A DNA stretch of 64,000 nucleotides from Bdellovibrionales bacterium (GCA_027317865.1 DAHVQG010000011.1:1-64000), one strand, 5' to 3'; positions 1 through 10,011 are shown, counted from the stretch's first letter. Notes: generated by a model from the sequence alone, not told the origin. Numbers and translations: made by a program.

Positions 1-254
1 AGGTAAAAAGCGAGATACACGAGGTAAAAAGCGAGATTCATGAGGTGAAGAGCGAAGTTGACCTACTGAAGAGCGAGATTCATGAGGTAAAAAGCGAGAT
101 CCATGAGGTGAAGAGCGAGATCCATGAGGTGAAACTCCTCAATGAAGAACAAAATGCACGCAATAAATTTGTGATTGATCAGTATGTAAATGTCTATGAA
201 GAGCAGCGCGATTTAAAATCCCGGATTGAAAAACTTGAAGCGGATAACGGTTAA
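1..254 (+). CDS. 3' part of a coiled-coil protein with (VKSEIHE)n heptad repeats; 5'-truncated by the window
   Basis: The frame of ORF 45..254 stays open back to the window start (gta aaa agc gag ata cac gag...). It ends EEQNARNKFVIDQY...IEKLEADNG*. Confidence 0.7.
   Translation, partial: VKSEIHEVKSEIHEVKSEVDLLKSEIHEVKSEIHEVKSEIHEVKLLNEEQNARNKFVIDQYVNVYEEQRDLKSRIEKLEADNG
3..128 (+). repeat. Six 21-bp coding tandem repeats (one divergent)
   Basis: Unit GT(A/G)AA(A/G)AGCGAGAT(A/T/C)CA(C/T)GAG read directly; differences are mostly synonymous. Confidence 0.9.
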
Positions 255-1255
255 ACAGTAAGCCCAAAATCCCCGGTCGCGGTCATCTCCACATCATGTC
301 TCAGCAGTTCGCGCAGGCGGCGTGCAATCGGGCCGACGCGGCCATCGGCAATTGTGTGATCTTCGATTTGAATGACAGGCATCACTTCCGTTGTGGTACC
401 GACCATCATCACTTCACGCGCCAAAATTAAATCTTCATCGCGTAAATCAGCGGTTTGAATCGCGCGCACATTTAATTCGAGTGGCTTGCCATCGGCGACA
501 TTTCGAGCGCCCACTAAAAACTCCTTACGGGCGAGATCCATCACACGGACAAGAGTCGTGCCACGCAAAGTGTAGTCAAAATTCGGAGCAATCAAATCCC
601 CCATTTTAGTCCAAACAAGAATGTTTTCAGTCGGCCCTTCGGCAATCCGGCCATCTTCAGTTCTGTTAATCGCATAATCAAACCCGCGATCGACCGATTC
701 TTTTTTCATCATAACGTTAGGCAAATAGTTGCAGCTTTTGACTCGCGAAAACAAACCTGGTTTAACGGCGACATTCGAAAAGCAAAGGCGCGATCCCCTC
801 TCGTATTTCTCTTCTTGCGTAGGAGCCTGACGAGTCATCACCATATACAATTGACTCGCGATCGTATTGTACGGGTTTGGCGAAAAATCACCTGGGCCGC
901 GACCGACAAAAATGCGTAAAATTCCGCGATCGAGTTTCGAAATGCGATGCAAATCGCCCGCAATCGCCGCAATTTCAGCGGCGGGCATGGGCAAACGCAA
1001 ATCGATCATCGCCGCCGAACGTTCGAGACGCTCCAAATGTTCACGCAAAAGATAGAAACCTTTGGCTGTGGAGCGAACGGCTTCAAAAATACCATCCCCT
1101 CGATGCACCATGTGTTCATCGATTGGAATTAGCATCATTGCGCGATCGGTTACGATTCCGCCGAAAACCGAAGAATACATGGCGGCGTAAGGGCGATTTT
1201 CGTTTAACTGTTCAAGACGGTTCAAAATTTGTTCGCGTGTGAGGTGCGGTGTCAC
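251..1255 (-). CDS. PLP-dependent class IV aminotransferase (D-amino acid/branched-chain type)
   Basis: Motifs HRGDGIFEA, HLERLERSA, VKSCNYL (PLP lysine), EGPTEN, LRGTT. Confidence 0.9.
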   Translation of the reverse strand: MTPHLTREQILNRLEQLNENRPYAAMYSSVFGGIVTDRAMMLIPIDEHMVHRGDGIFEAVRSTAKGFYLLREHLERLERSAAMIDLRLPMPAAEIAAIAGDLHRISKLDRGILRIFVGRGPGDFSPNPYNTIASQLYMVMTRQAPTQEEKYERGSRLCFSNVAVKPGLFSRVKSCNYLPNVMMKKESVDRGFDYAINRTEDGRIAEGPTENILVWTKMGDLIAPNFDYTLRGTTLVRVMDLARKEFLVGARNVADGKPLELNVRAIQTADLRDEDLILAREVMMVGTTTEVMPVIQIEDHTIADGRVGPIARRLRELLRHDVEMTATGDFGLTV

Positions 1256-1340
1256 AGTTCACTCGATTGTTGTCACTCGATTGTTGCAACTTACCTATTG
1301 TAACGGCGGCGCACATTCTATTCAACTACTTGGCAAACTG

Positions 1341-1368
1341 TTGTCAAAGTAAACCCGACCGATATAAT
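1341..1368 (+). promoter_or_regulatory. Putative sigma70 promoter for ampG
   Basis: TTGTCA-N16-TATAAT about 60 bp upstream of the ATG at 1428. Confidence 0.6.
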
Positions 1369-1427
1369 GAAAGGTAGAAGCGTAAGCTGTACGACTGACT
1401 CGTGATTACGAAGGGCTTTGCTACAAC

Positions 1428-2672
1428 ATGACAATCAAAAAGATCCGCGAATTTATCCGCTTGCTTTCCAAAAAAGACATGCTGGTCAACCTGCTGCTCG
1501 GATTTTCGTCGGGTTTGCCGCTTCTTTTGACATCGCGAACTCTTCAACTGTGGCTTTCGTACAAAGGCGCAAGCAACGTACTTATCGGAACGCTGGCGCT
1601 CATTGGGTTGCCCTACAGTCTTAAACCGTTGTGGTCGCCCATACTTGATCGTTACAAAATTCTGCCGCTCGGCCGCCGACGTGGCTGGTTACTTTTGACT
1701 CAAATCGGTGTCTTTGCGGCAATTTGGCTCATGTCGACGCTCAACCCGATTCAGCACATCCATTTAATGCTCTTCTACGCTGTGCTTCTCGCCTTTATGA
1801 GCGCAAGCCAAGACACCGTAATCGATGCTTACCGACGCGAAATTTTAGCCGACGAAGAACAAGGTCTGGGAGCGTCTTATTACAACATGGGTTATCGTAT
1901 CGCCATGTGGGTCACCGGGGGGCTCGCCGTCATTCTTGCCGGGCAAATCAGTTGGAACATGGTGTACAAAATCGTTTCGATTGGTATGGCCGTGGGCCTC
2001 ATCACCACATTTTTTGCCGACGAACCCACTGTTGAACACGTACCAAAAACGCTCAAACAAGCCGTTATTTTACCGTTTCGCGAATTTCTTCAACGCGACC
2101 AATCGGTCATCATCCTGTTATTTATACTTTTTTATCACCTTGGCGATGCGATGGCCGGCAACATGTTTTCGAAATTTTATGTTCAATTGGGGTTCACCCC
2201 GACTGAAATCGGCGTGGTCGCAAAATCATTCACGCCATTTTCAGTTACCATAGGCGGATTCTTAAGCGGCGTACTGATTTTGCGCTGGGGCACATTTCGC
2301 TCGCTCTTTGCATTTGGAATCTTTCAGGCCATATCGACCGCGCTTTATTCTCTTCTCGATGTGGCGGGGCATAGCATTCCGGTCTTGGCGCTTGTCGTTT
2401 TTAGCGAAGATTTCGCGACCGGCATGAACGCGACGGCAATGATCGCGTATTTATCGCTGCTTAGCGACCGCAAATTTACAGCCACGCAATACGCGTTGTT
2501 TGTTTCGCTCACCAACATCCCACGTGTTTTGTTTTCTTCAATGGCGGGATATTTTGTCGATCTATTCGGCTTTTTCGGTTTTTTTATTTTTTGCGCGTGT
2601 CTTGCATTGCCAGGACTCGTCATCCTCTATTATTTAAATCGCACGGCCCAAAAAACCGCCGCAACTGCGTGA
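1428..2672 (+). CDS. ampG: AmpG family muropeptide MFS permease
   Basis: Motifs LGFSSGLP, LPYSLKPLWSP, GRRRGWLL, SASQDTVIDAYR, FTATQYALF. Confidence 0.92.
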   Translation: MTIKKIREFIRLLSKKDMLVNLLLGFSSGLPLLLTSRTLQLWLSYKGASNVLIGTLALIGLPYSLKPLWSPILDRYKILPLGRRRGWLLLTQIGVFAAIWLMSTLNPIQHIHLMLFYAVLLAFMSASQDTVIDAYRREILADEEQGLGASYYNMGYRIAMWVTGGLAVILAGQISWNMVYKIVSIGMAVGLITTFFADEPTVEHVPKTLKQAVILPFREFLQRDQSVIILLFILFYHLGDAMAGNMFSKFYVQLGFTPTEIGVVAKSFTPFSVTIGGFLSGVLILRWGTFRSLFAFGIFQAISTALYSLLDVAGHSIPVLALVVFSEDFATGMNATAMIAYLSLLSDRKFTATQYALFVSLTNIPRVLFSSMAGYFVDLFGFFGFFIFCACLALPGLVILYYLNRTAQKTAATA

Positions 2673-2681
2673 GGCGATCAC

Positions 2682-3092
2682 ATGAACGAAAAATTTGTTT
2701 GGCAATTTGCAGTTCTCGAAACGCATCTCGATACGTTCGGTCACATGAACCACGCGACTTATTTGCAACTCTTCGAGCAAGCCCGATGGGAGTTTGTCAC
2801 TGCTCGCGGTTACGGCCTTGAGCGCGTAATGAAAGATCAAATCGGGCCCACTATTCTTGAGCTTGACATCAAATACCGCCGCGAACTGCGTCTGCGCGAA
2901 CTCATCACCGTCGAATCTGAGACGCTTGATTATGACGGCAAGATCGGCCACGTCAAACAACGCATGATAAATCAAAAAGGTGAAGAATGCGCCGTGATTC
3001 ACCTGACAATTGGAATGTTTGACATTAAAAACCGCAAACTCGTGCGCGCCTCGAACGAATGGCTTAAGGCCATGGGCTTAAACGCGACCTGA
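2682..3092 (+). CDS. Acyl-CoA thioesterase (hotdog fold, YbgC/FadM-like)
   Basis: Motif LDTFGHMNHATYLQLFEQAR; RBS GAGG upstream. Confidence 0.88.
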   Translation: MNEKFVWQFAVLETHLDTFGHMNHATYLQLFEQARWEFVTARGYGLERVMKDQIGPTILELDIKYRRELRLRELITVESETLDYDGKIGHVKQRMINQKGEECAVIHLTIGMFDIKNRKLVRASNEWLKAMGLNAT

Positions 3093-3761
3093 CGAGGGCG
3101 TATTTGTGCTATTCACATTTAGAATTTTTGTAAGAACAATTCGCACATCTTCGCCAAAGGGGGTGCACTTATTCGCCCCATAGGCGCGGTCGCTTAGGCC
3201 GTTACCAGTCGCCTCGGCTATTACGTAATCGGCGTACTGACGGCTCGGTTCGACAAATTGATCGTGCATCGGTTTTACTTGCGACATGAATTGCGCGCGA
3301 ACACCATCCGGCGTTCTGCCGCGTTCGACAACATCGCGGGCCATTCGCCGCTCAAATCGTAAATCTTCGGGGGTGTGAATAAAAATTTTAAAGTCGAGTT
3401 CACGGCGCAGCTCTTCGGGGACCAGAATTAAAATTCCGTCGAGAATTAAAAACGGTACCGGATGAACAACCAAAACTTCAGAACGCCTTTTGTGCGTCGA
3501 AAAATCATAAACCGGCCGGTCGACCGCTTGCCCAGCTTTTAACTTTTGCAAATGCGAAACAAGAAGGGGCCACTCAATCGCGCTGGGATGATCAAAATTC
3601 ACGCGCCCGCCATCACAATCAAAATTCGCACTTTGATCGCGATAGTAAGAGTCTTGTTCAAGAATTAAAACCGGACCGCGCGTTGCGAGCGCCGAAGAAA
3701 GCTCTTTTGCAAAAGTCGATTTGCCCGAACCGCTCCCGCCGGCGACGCCGATAAGAATCAC
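3078..3761 (-). CDS. udk: Uridine kinase
   Basis: P-loop IGVAGGSGSGKST, QDSYY, NFDHP, RRMARDVVERGRT, VKPMHDQFVEPS. Confidence 0.92.
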   Translation of the reverse strand: MILIGVAGGSGSGKSTFAKELSSALATRGPVLILEQDSYYRDQSANFDCDGGRVNFDHPSAIEWPLLVSHLQKLKAGQAVDRPVYDFSTHKRRSEVLVVHPVPFLILDGILILVPEELRRELDFKIFIHTPEDLRFERRMARDVVERGRTPDGVRAQFMSQVKPMHDQFVEPSRQYADYVIAEATGNGLSDRAYGANKCTPFGEDVRIVLTKILNVNSTNTPSSGRV

Positions 3762-4420
3762 GCGTGAACTGCTCCGCCGCGTGTGGCACCGCCATCAAGC
3801 GTACCGTAAATGCGATCGCCCGCATCACCCAAACCAGGAACAATATATCCGTGGGAGTTGAGAAGCGGCTCAATACTCAAGGTGAAAATTTCAACATCCG
3901 GATGAACCGCGCGTAACCGGTTAATACCTTTTTTCGCCGATAGAATGCAGGCAAACGTAATCGGACCAACGCGATATTCTTTAAGACGCGAAATCGCCGC
4001 AATCGCCGTGTCGCCCGTTGCGAGCATCGGATCAAGAACAGCGACACGCATGCCGGTAATTCCTTTAGGTAAACGAAAATAGTATTCAACAGTATTGTTC
4101 ACGAACTTGTCGCGATAAATCCCGATATGCCCGACCGCGCAGGAGGGCAAAAGCGTCAGCATGCCGTCGAGCATAGCTTGACCCGCGCGCATGATCGGCA
4201 CAAGGGCCATTGGCTCGGATATCTTTTTACCCGTTGTCGCTTGAATCGGCGTCACGACCCGCGCACCTTTGGTTTTAAGATCGCGCGTAATTTCATAAGC
4301 TAAAATTTGACTGATTTCGCCGATCAACCGCCGAAAATTATCCGGTGTCGTGCGTTTGTCGCGCAAATGCCACAGTTTATCTTGCGCCAGTGGATGGTCG
4401 ATCACTTTTACTTTCGCCAT
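3758..4420 (-). CDS. upp: Uracil phosphoribosyltransferase
   Basis: VPIMRAG, PRPP motif VLDPMLATG, YIVPGLGDAGDR. Confidence 0.95.
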   Translation of the reverse strand: MAKVKVIDHPLAQDKLWHLRDKRTTPDNFRRLIGEISQILAYEITRDLKTKGARVVTPIQATTGKKISEPMALVPIMRAGQAMLDGMLTLLPSCAVGHIGIYRDKFVNNTVEYYFRLPKGITGMRVAVLDPMLATGDTAIAAISRLKEYRVGPITFACILSAKKGINRLRAVHPDVEIFTLSIEPLLNSHGYIVPGLGDAGDRIYGTLDGGATRGGAVHA

Positions 4421-4458
4421 AATTGCACCCCTTCTTTTACGCCCGAAAATTCATTCAA

Positions 4459-5721
4459 TTAAAAAACAGTACCGTCACTAATAATGTCAAACGGCGGCCT
4501 TCCACCACGTTTGTCAAACGCGAGTTTTCGCCCCGCCCACCACGTGCCACCTTCGAGAATTTTGGCCAGCGGCAACTGTTCAGCCGTTAAATCAAGCAAT
4601 TGCCGCACATGTACCGCAATCTCATCCAACAGCGCGACCGTCAACGCGCGCCATTCCACAATCACTTTCGAATCAAGATGAAGCGAAAGCCCTCGATAGT
4701 CTTCACGCGGTTCGATCAGCCCCGAGTCGATCATCAACCCGCCATTGCGATATTCAGCAAGACCCGTAAGCTCATCTAAATTCACAATTGTAAAACCGGC
4801 TTCTTCAAGCGGTGTCAAAAGCGAATATGTCATCCATTGCGATAGTTTGTGAAACGGAACAAGCGAGTCAAAAAGTGACGACCCAAGCCCGCTATGGCGC
4901 CATGTATCGCCAAGATTAACCCGACCAAGTTCAGCGTCTTCAACTGTTAAACGGCCGGGCCAAATCGGACCGAAACCATGCAAAACAGCTTTTAGTACTT
5001 CGCTTGCTTCGAGTTTTCGATCGGGCGCCAACTTTAAAAAATAATCGAGAAGATATCCGGGGCGGTGATATTCAGCGCCCGCGAAATATTTCGACGCAGG
5101 CTCAATCGCTTTGCCAAGGCGGTGCAAGAGCTCCGCACGGCCGGCAGCCCCTAATAGCGGGTTGCTCACTGAAACTTGAAACCCGTTTCGAATATGCTCT
5201 TCGGTCATCTGCATAAGCCCTGACGCATCGGCAATCAGTGGATTTTCGCGCGCCGAAGAAAACGTACCTGATGAAAACATATTATAACTCGCAACCGCCA
5301 GCCCTTCGGAGCGTGAGTATAAATGCCCGTTTTCTGTATATGTCCAATCATCGCCGGCGCCGGCGTCAAGAAGCACGCTCGTTACGGCCAAATCGATTTT
5401 GATTCGTGCCCGTTCGTCTCGCGGCAAAGCCGCAATTTTTTTATCGAGGATTTTTTCGCGATCGACCCCGCCGACGCGAAAATGGTTAAAGCGTGAATGA
5501 TAAGGAATGTTCAAATCTTCATATTTTTCACGAATCACACGCACGACAAACTTTGCAACTGCTCCCACACGGTCGGAGTGAACAATAAATTCACCTCGCC
5601 CGTCGCGATTCATTTGCAGCAATTGTTGAGCCCGATCGCGCACGGCACGCGCCGACAATATATATTCAGCGCCGGTTGTCTCGCCTGCGACGCCAGCAGC
5701 CCGGCTCGCTTGCTCAATCAT
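4459..5721 (-). CDS. URC4/Urg3 family protein (DUF1688)
   Basis: IPYHSRFNHF, SVLLDAGAG, SRSEGLAVAS, VPFHKLSQWMTYSL, LTGLAEYRNGG, ILEGGTW, SDGTVF. Confidence 0.88.
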   Translation of the reverse strand: MIEQASRAAGVAGETTGAEYILSARAVRDRAQQLLQMNRDGRGEFIVHSDRVGAVAKFVVRVIREKYEDLNIPYHSRFNHFRVGGVDREKILDKKIAALPRDERARIKIDLAVTSVLLDAGAGDDWTYTENGHLYSRSEGLAVASYNMFSSGTFSSARENPLIADASGLMQMTEEHIRNGFQVSVSNPLLGAAGRAELLHRLGKAIEPASKYFAGAEYHRPGYLLDYFLKLAPDRKLEASEVLKAVLHGFGPIWPGRLTVEDAELGRVNLGDTWRHSGLGSSLFDSLVPFHKLSQWMTYSLLTPLEEAGFTIVNLDELTGLAEYRNGGLMIDSGLIEPREDYRGLSLHLDSKVIVEWRALTVALLDEIAVHVRQLLDLTAEQLPLAKILEGGTWWAGRKLAFDKRGGRPPFDIISDGTVF

Positions 5722-6976
5722 GCAGTTTACGACCTTTCACTTTTTTAAGCGCGCGTTTGGACTTCGCATGCTCGGGGGTAAAATAACCGGCCGCTTTTTT
5801 CGCTTCCATTTCAACTCGCGCATCATCGGGAATCAATTCTTCAGGGATCGGTACCCGCTCTAAAATATGAATCCCGCTATTCACGATGGCATCGTATTTC
5901 ATATCGCTCATCGAAATAAACCGATCGATGCGTTGAATGCCGAGCCAATGAAGAACATCCGGCATGATTTGCTGAAAGCGCATGTCTTGCACGCCCGCAA
6001 CGCACTCAGTACGGTGAAAATATTCCGCTGCGGTGTCGCCGCCTTTTTGCCTTTTTCGCGCATTGTAAACTAAAAATTTAGTCACTTCGCCAAGCGCGCG
6101 GCCTTCTTTTCGAAAGTAAACAATAACACCTGAGCCACCGGCTTGCGCCGTTTTAATGGCTTCTTCAATTCCGTGAACTAGATAAGGACGACACGTGCAA
6201 ATATCGGAGCCAAAAACATCCGAACCGTTACACTCGTCGTGAACTCGGCACGTAAGTGGCTTTTTCAAATCGGCGATGTTGGCCACTGGCCCGAAAATAT
6301 AGACCGTCATACCCCCGATCGGCGGTAGAAAAATTTTGAGATCCGGTCTTGTTACAAGTTCCGGGAACATCCCACCCGTGTACTGAAAAAGTCCGCGCCG
6401 CAATTCCGCTTCGGTGACGCCGAATCGTGCGGCAATACCGGGCAAATACCAAACCGGCTCGATCGCCGCCTTTGTCACAACCACATCCCCGCGTTTGCGT
6501 ACTATCTTACCATCGGCACGGATGCGCCCTTGTTCAATCGCTTCTGAAATTTCAGGCATGTGAATATGGGCTTTGGTGACCGCAATAGACGGCCGAATGT
6601 CGTAACCCTTATTGAAATAGTCACGAAACACGTCGTAAACATTCGCCCCCCAGGGGTCGATCGCCACTATTTTGTCGGCGCGAAACCAAGACGGATGCGG
6701 ACCAATCGGCTCCACAGGGGCCGTGTTTGTTAAATCCGGCTTGAACAATTGCCGCACGCTCCCTGCACTGGTCGCAAGCGCGCGATAGACCGAATATGAC
6801 CCGCCGTGGGTACCAATGGCATTTCGTGCCGTGAGGTCGGTTAGCGACGCAACCACCGGGCCGCGCTCGATCGCGGATTTTGCTCCCCAATGAATAGGAA
6901 TCGATTTCGTAAATATTTGACTTGGATGTGACGTTAAAACGACGTGCATGCTCATTTGCCCCCGTATTGGATTCAC
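5714..6976 (-). CDS. URC1/Urg1-type GTP cyclohydrolase II-like protein
   Basis: Long N-terminal domain (IHWGA...RGPVVAS...RNAIGTHGGSYSVYRALA) plus RibA-like Zn motif RVHDECNGSDVFGSDICTCRP. Start may be 6955. Confidence 0.88.
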   Translation of the reverse strand: MNPIRGQMSMHVVLTSHPSQIFTKSIPIHWGAKSAIERGPVVASLTDLTARNAIGTHGGSYSVYRALATSAGSVRQLFKPDLTNTAPVEPIGPHPSWFRADKIVAIDPWGANVYDVFRDYFNKGYDIRPSIAVTKAHIHMPEISEAIEQGRIRADGKIVRKRGDVVVTKAAIEPVWYLPGIAARFGVTEAELRRGLFQYTGGMFPELVTRPDLKIFLPPIGGMTVYIFGPVANIADLKKPLTCRVHDECNGSDVFGSDICTCRPYLVHGIEEAIKTAQAGGSGVIVYFRKEGRALGEVTKFLVYNARKRQKGGDTAAEYFHRTECVAGVQDMRFQQIMPDVLHWLGIQRIDRFISMSDMKYDAIVNSGIHILERVPIPEELIPDDARVEMEAKKAAGYFTPEHAKSKRALKKVKGRKLHD

Positions 6977-7039
6977 GCACTAAGACGACGATCATGCGCG
7001 CACCAAGTGGGTTCGTCAAACGGCTAAGCGACGTGGCAC

Positions 7040-8614
7040 TTACCGGCCGGTGATGCCAAACTCGAGGTTCGGGTTTTCTTTAATTAGCCAATTGAGGTCC
7101 CATTCTTTCTGCAGGAGCACAACTGGTTGTTCTTTCGTATCGCGATACAATATGACGCCGCCATTGATCGCTTTCGGCCGTTCACCCGTTTTTACATCAA
7201 TCGGCCAACGCGCCACACTTAATGGCAACCGCTCAAGTTTAACGTCCAGTTTGTATTCGTCGTTCAAACGGTACAATAAGACATCGAATTGCAACTCGCC
7301 GACCACTCCCAAAACCGCATCTTGCTCGCCCACACGCGGGTCAATAAAAATCTGGACAGTACCTTCTTCGGCGAGTTCACGAACCGCCTTCTGCATTTGT
7401 CGGCGTTTGAGCGGATCTTTAATCGAAAGCCGCGCAAAACACTCGGGGCTAAACCGCGGCATTTCGTCGAAGGTCAAACTTTTGCCGTCCGTAATCGTAT
7501 CGCCAATTTGAAAATTACCCGTGTCGATAATCCCCACAATATCACCGGCAAACGCTTCGTCGACAGTTTCACGATCGCGCGCCATAAACGTATTGGCGTA
7601 GGCAAGCCGCAACTCCCGCTCTAAACGCTGATGTTGTACTTTCATGCCACGCTCAAACCGGCCGGAACAGATTCGCAAAAATGCAACCCGGTCTCTGTGG
7701 CGGCGATCCATATTGGCTTGAATCTTGAAAACAAAACCAGAAAAATTTTGACTCAAAGGGCTCACTTCGCCCACGTTCGACATTCGCGGCATCGGTTCGG
7801 GGGAATATTTCGAATAGAGATCGAGAAATAAATCCACCCCCCAATTGTACTTGGCACTACCGAAAGTCATCGGCGTGATCTTACCTTTTAGAAATTCATC
7901 TTGATTCCATTCTGGGAGGGCCCCATCGAGCAGCTCAAGGTCTTCAACAAATTTGTTGTACAGTTCTTCCCCGACTTCGGCCACGATTTTTGGGTCATGA
8001 ATTCCGTCGACGTCAATAACGCGCGCCTGTTCTTCGCCACGTGTAAATAAATAGAGTTTCTTATCGAGCCGGTGATAAAGTCCGCGAAATCGATCGCCCA
8101 TACCGATCGGCCAAGTAACCGGAAAGCAACTGAGACCGAGCGTGTTTTCAACATCGTCGATCAGTTCGAGCGGCTCGCGCCCTTCGCGATCCATCTTATT
8201 AGCAAACGTATAAATCGGGATACTCCGCAAATGACAAACTTCGAAAAGCTTTCGTGTTCGCTCCTCGACACCTTTGCCCGCATCGATGAGCATTGCGGCG
8301 CTATCAGCGGCGATGAGGGTTCGATAGGTATCTTCGCCGAAGTCTTTGTGCCCCGGGGTATCAAGCAAATTCACGCGGTAACCGTTGTAATCGAACTGCA
8401 TAACCGAAGACGTGATCGAAACTCCGCGTTCACGCTCCATGGTCATCCAATCCGAGGTCACCGCTTTTGTTCCCGCTTTGCCGTGCACTTCGCCGGCCTC
8501 GCGAATGACGCGGCCAAGGTACAAGATTTTTTCGGTGATCGTCGTTTTACCGGCGTCAGGATGAGAAATAATCGCAAATGTCCGGCGCCTTCGCACCTCT
8601 TGTTCAAATGTCAT
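7040..8614 (-). CDS. prfC: Peptide chain release factor 3
   Basis: RRRTFAIISHPDAGKTT, DTPGHKDF, NKMDR, FKIQANM. The ATG at 8614 overlaps the ferredoxin stop (ATGA). Confidence 0.96.
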   Translation of the reverse strand: MTFEQEVRRRRTFAIISHPDAGKTTITEKILYLGRVIREAGEVHGKAGTKAVTSDWMTMERERGVSITSSVMQFDYNGYRVNLLDTPGHKDFGEDTYRTLIAADSAAMLIDAGKGVEERTRKLFEVCHLRSIPIYTFANKMDREGREPLELIDDVENTLGLSCFPVTWPIGMGDRFRGLYHRLDKKLYLFTRGEEQARVIDVDGIHDPKIVAEVGEELYNKFVEDLELLDGALPEWNQDEFLKGKITPMTFGSAKYNWGVDLFLDLYSKYSPEPMPRMSNVGEVSPLSQNFSGFVFKIQANMDRRHRDRVAFLRICSGRFERGMKVQHQRLERELRLAYANTFMARDRETVDEAFAGDIVGIIDTGNFQIGDTITDGKSLTFDEMPRFSPECFARLSIKDPLKRRQMQKAVRELAEEGTVQIFIDPRVGEQDAVLGVVGELQFDVLLYRLNDEYKLDVKLERLPLSVARWPIDVKTGERPKAINGGVILYRDTKEQPVVLLQKEWDLNWLIKENPNLEFGITGR

Positions 8615-8844
8615 GCGCCGTCGTTTCCGATCGCATAGACCGGACATCCTTCCATTGCTTCACGACATTGATCTTCTTCGGCCGCGTTTTCCGGTTGCTT
8701 CTTTACATAGGCATGACCGTCATCTTCGTGCAAAATGAAGTTTTCTGGCGCGGCCAGCATGCATGCATCACAGGCGATACACTCGCGATCCACATAATAT
8801 TTACCCGAAATGTTCTCGGGATATTTATTTTTAAAATCGGCCAT
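8611..8844 (-). CDS. Small ferredoxin ([4Fe-4S]/[3Fe-4S])
   Basis: CIACDAC...AMEGCPVYAIG. Confidence 0.9.
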   Translation of the reverse strand: MADFKNKYPENISGKYYVDRECIACDACMLAAPENFILHEDDGHAYVKKQPENAAEEDQCREAMEGCPVYAIGNDGA

Positions 8845-9097
8845 AACTTAAATTGATCCATGCGCGAGAGTTTACACAGGTTGATACCTATATTTTACGC
8901 GATTTTAGCAGAAATCTCCTTACCCCTCCGAGAAAAGATTTCAAATTACTGTTTTACAGTTGGCGCATAAGGTCGATTTTCTTTACTATCCCGCATCAAG
9001 TTTCGGTTAAGAAAAATTAAAAGTAACAGATTTCATAAACCGCCGAGTGGGGAACCTAAAAACGGTCACAACCTGCCGGCAACAAAGAGGAGTTAAC

Positions 9098-9949
9098 ATG
9101 ATGAAGAAGGCACTTACAGTATGTGCAGTAACTCTCGCGGCAAGCTTTGCTTTTGCCGGCGCGTTACAGGGGTCAAGCCAAGGGAGCTATCAGAGTTTGA
9201 AAGGTTCTGGACAAATGATCGCCAACACATCAACATTTGTTGTGAACAGTCTGGGCGAAACGGTTGCTTGGTCAAGCACTGCCGCAGCTGCAGGATCAAT
9301 GAAAGCCGCTGATACCAGCGTATTTATTGTTCAACATCCAAGCGTTGCATCTCAAGAAGTCGGCGCCGGTGCAATGGTAGCGTCAAAATGGGTTGTAACG
9401 ACGACCGGTCATGTCCTCCAATGGTCGGGCAATACAGCCGTTGCCACAGTTCGCGATCCGTTGGGTGAATCGGGCAAAGCCCTCACCGCTTCTGAAGAAG
9501 GTGCACGTGTAACTTTGGATGCATCTGGCCGAGTGTTGGTAGTTACCGGCGCTAGCGCCAAAGGTTCGCTCGTTGACACATACAATAACCCAATTCAGTT
9601 GGTTCGCACGGGTTCTGGCCAAATCTATACGGCTTCGGCTGGTTCATACGTAGTGGTTGTCCACAAAGTGGGCGCAAGCGCTGCTTCTGCATACAATGCT
9701 TCTAAAACCGGCGCTAAATATGTGTACGGCAAACTCGCGTCTGCCGCCGCTTCAACTTCACACGCTTCGAAAACGGCTGCCAAATCCGTTTATGTGAAAG
9801 TTATCAAAATCGGCACCGATTCGGTTCATACGTCTGAGGCATCAGGCGCTTCCGTATCGACTTCGGTTTCGAAAGCGGTCACTGATCTCTACAAAAGCTC
9901 CGGCGACGCGTTTCGTGCTGGTCGTGCAGCTTTTGACCAATATCGCTAA
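9098..9949 (+). CDS. Secreted Ala/Ser/Thr/Val-rich hypothetical protein
   Basis: Strong RBS AGAGGAG before ATG 9098; signal peptide MMKKALTVCAVTLAASFAFA; followed by a terminator. Confidence 0.75.
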   Translation: MMKKALTVCAVTLAASFAFAGALQGSSQGSYQSLKGSGQMIANTSTFVVNSLGETVAWSSTAAAAGSMKAADTSVFIVQHPSVASQEVGAGAMVASKWVVTTTGHVLQWSGNTAVATVRDPLGESGKALTASEEGARVTLDASGRVLVVTGASAKGSLVDTYNNPIQLVRTGSGQIYTASAGSYVVVVHKVGASAASAYNASKTGAKYVYGKLASAAASTSHASKTAAKSVYVKVIKIGTDSVHTSEASGASVSTSVSKAVTDLYKSSGDAFRAGRAAFDQYR

Positions 9950-9979
9950 ATCATGACGGTTTAGTACCGTATGAAAATT

Positions 9980-10011
9980 AAAAACCGCGCCACTTATGGC
10001 GCGGTTTTTTT
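9980..10011 (+). terminator. Rho-independent terminator
   Basis: AAAAACCGCGCCA-CTTA-TGGCGCGGTTTTTTT. Confidence 0.9.

Noticed and set aside
5714..6976. ribA (riboflavin synthesis)
   Set aside because: The N-terminal extension and URC4/upp context indicate the URC1 subfamily.
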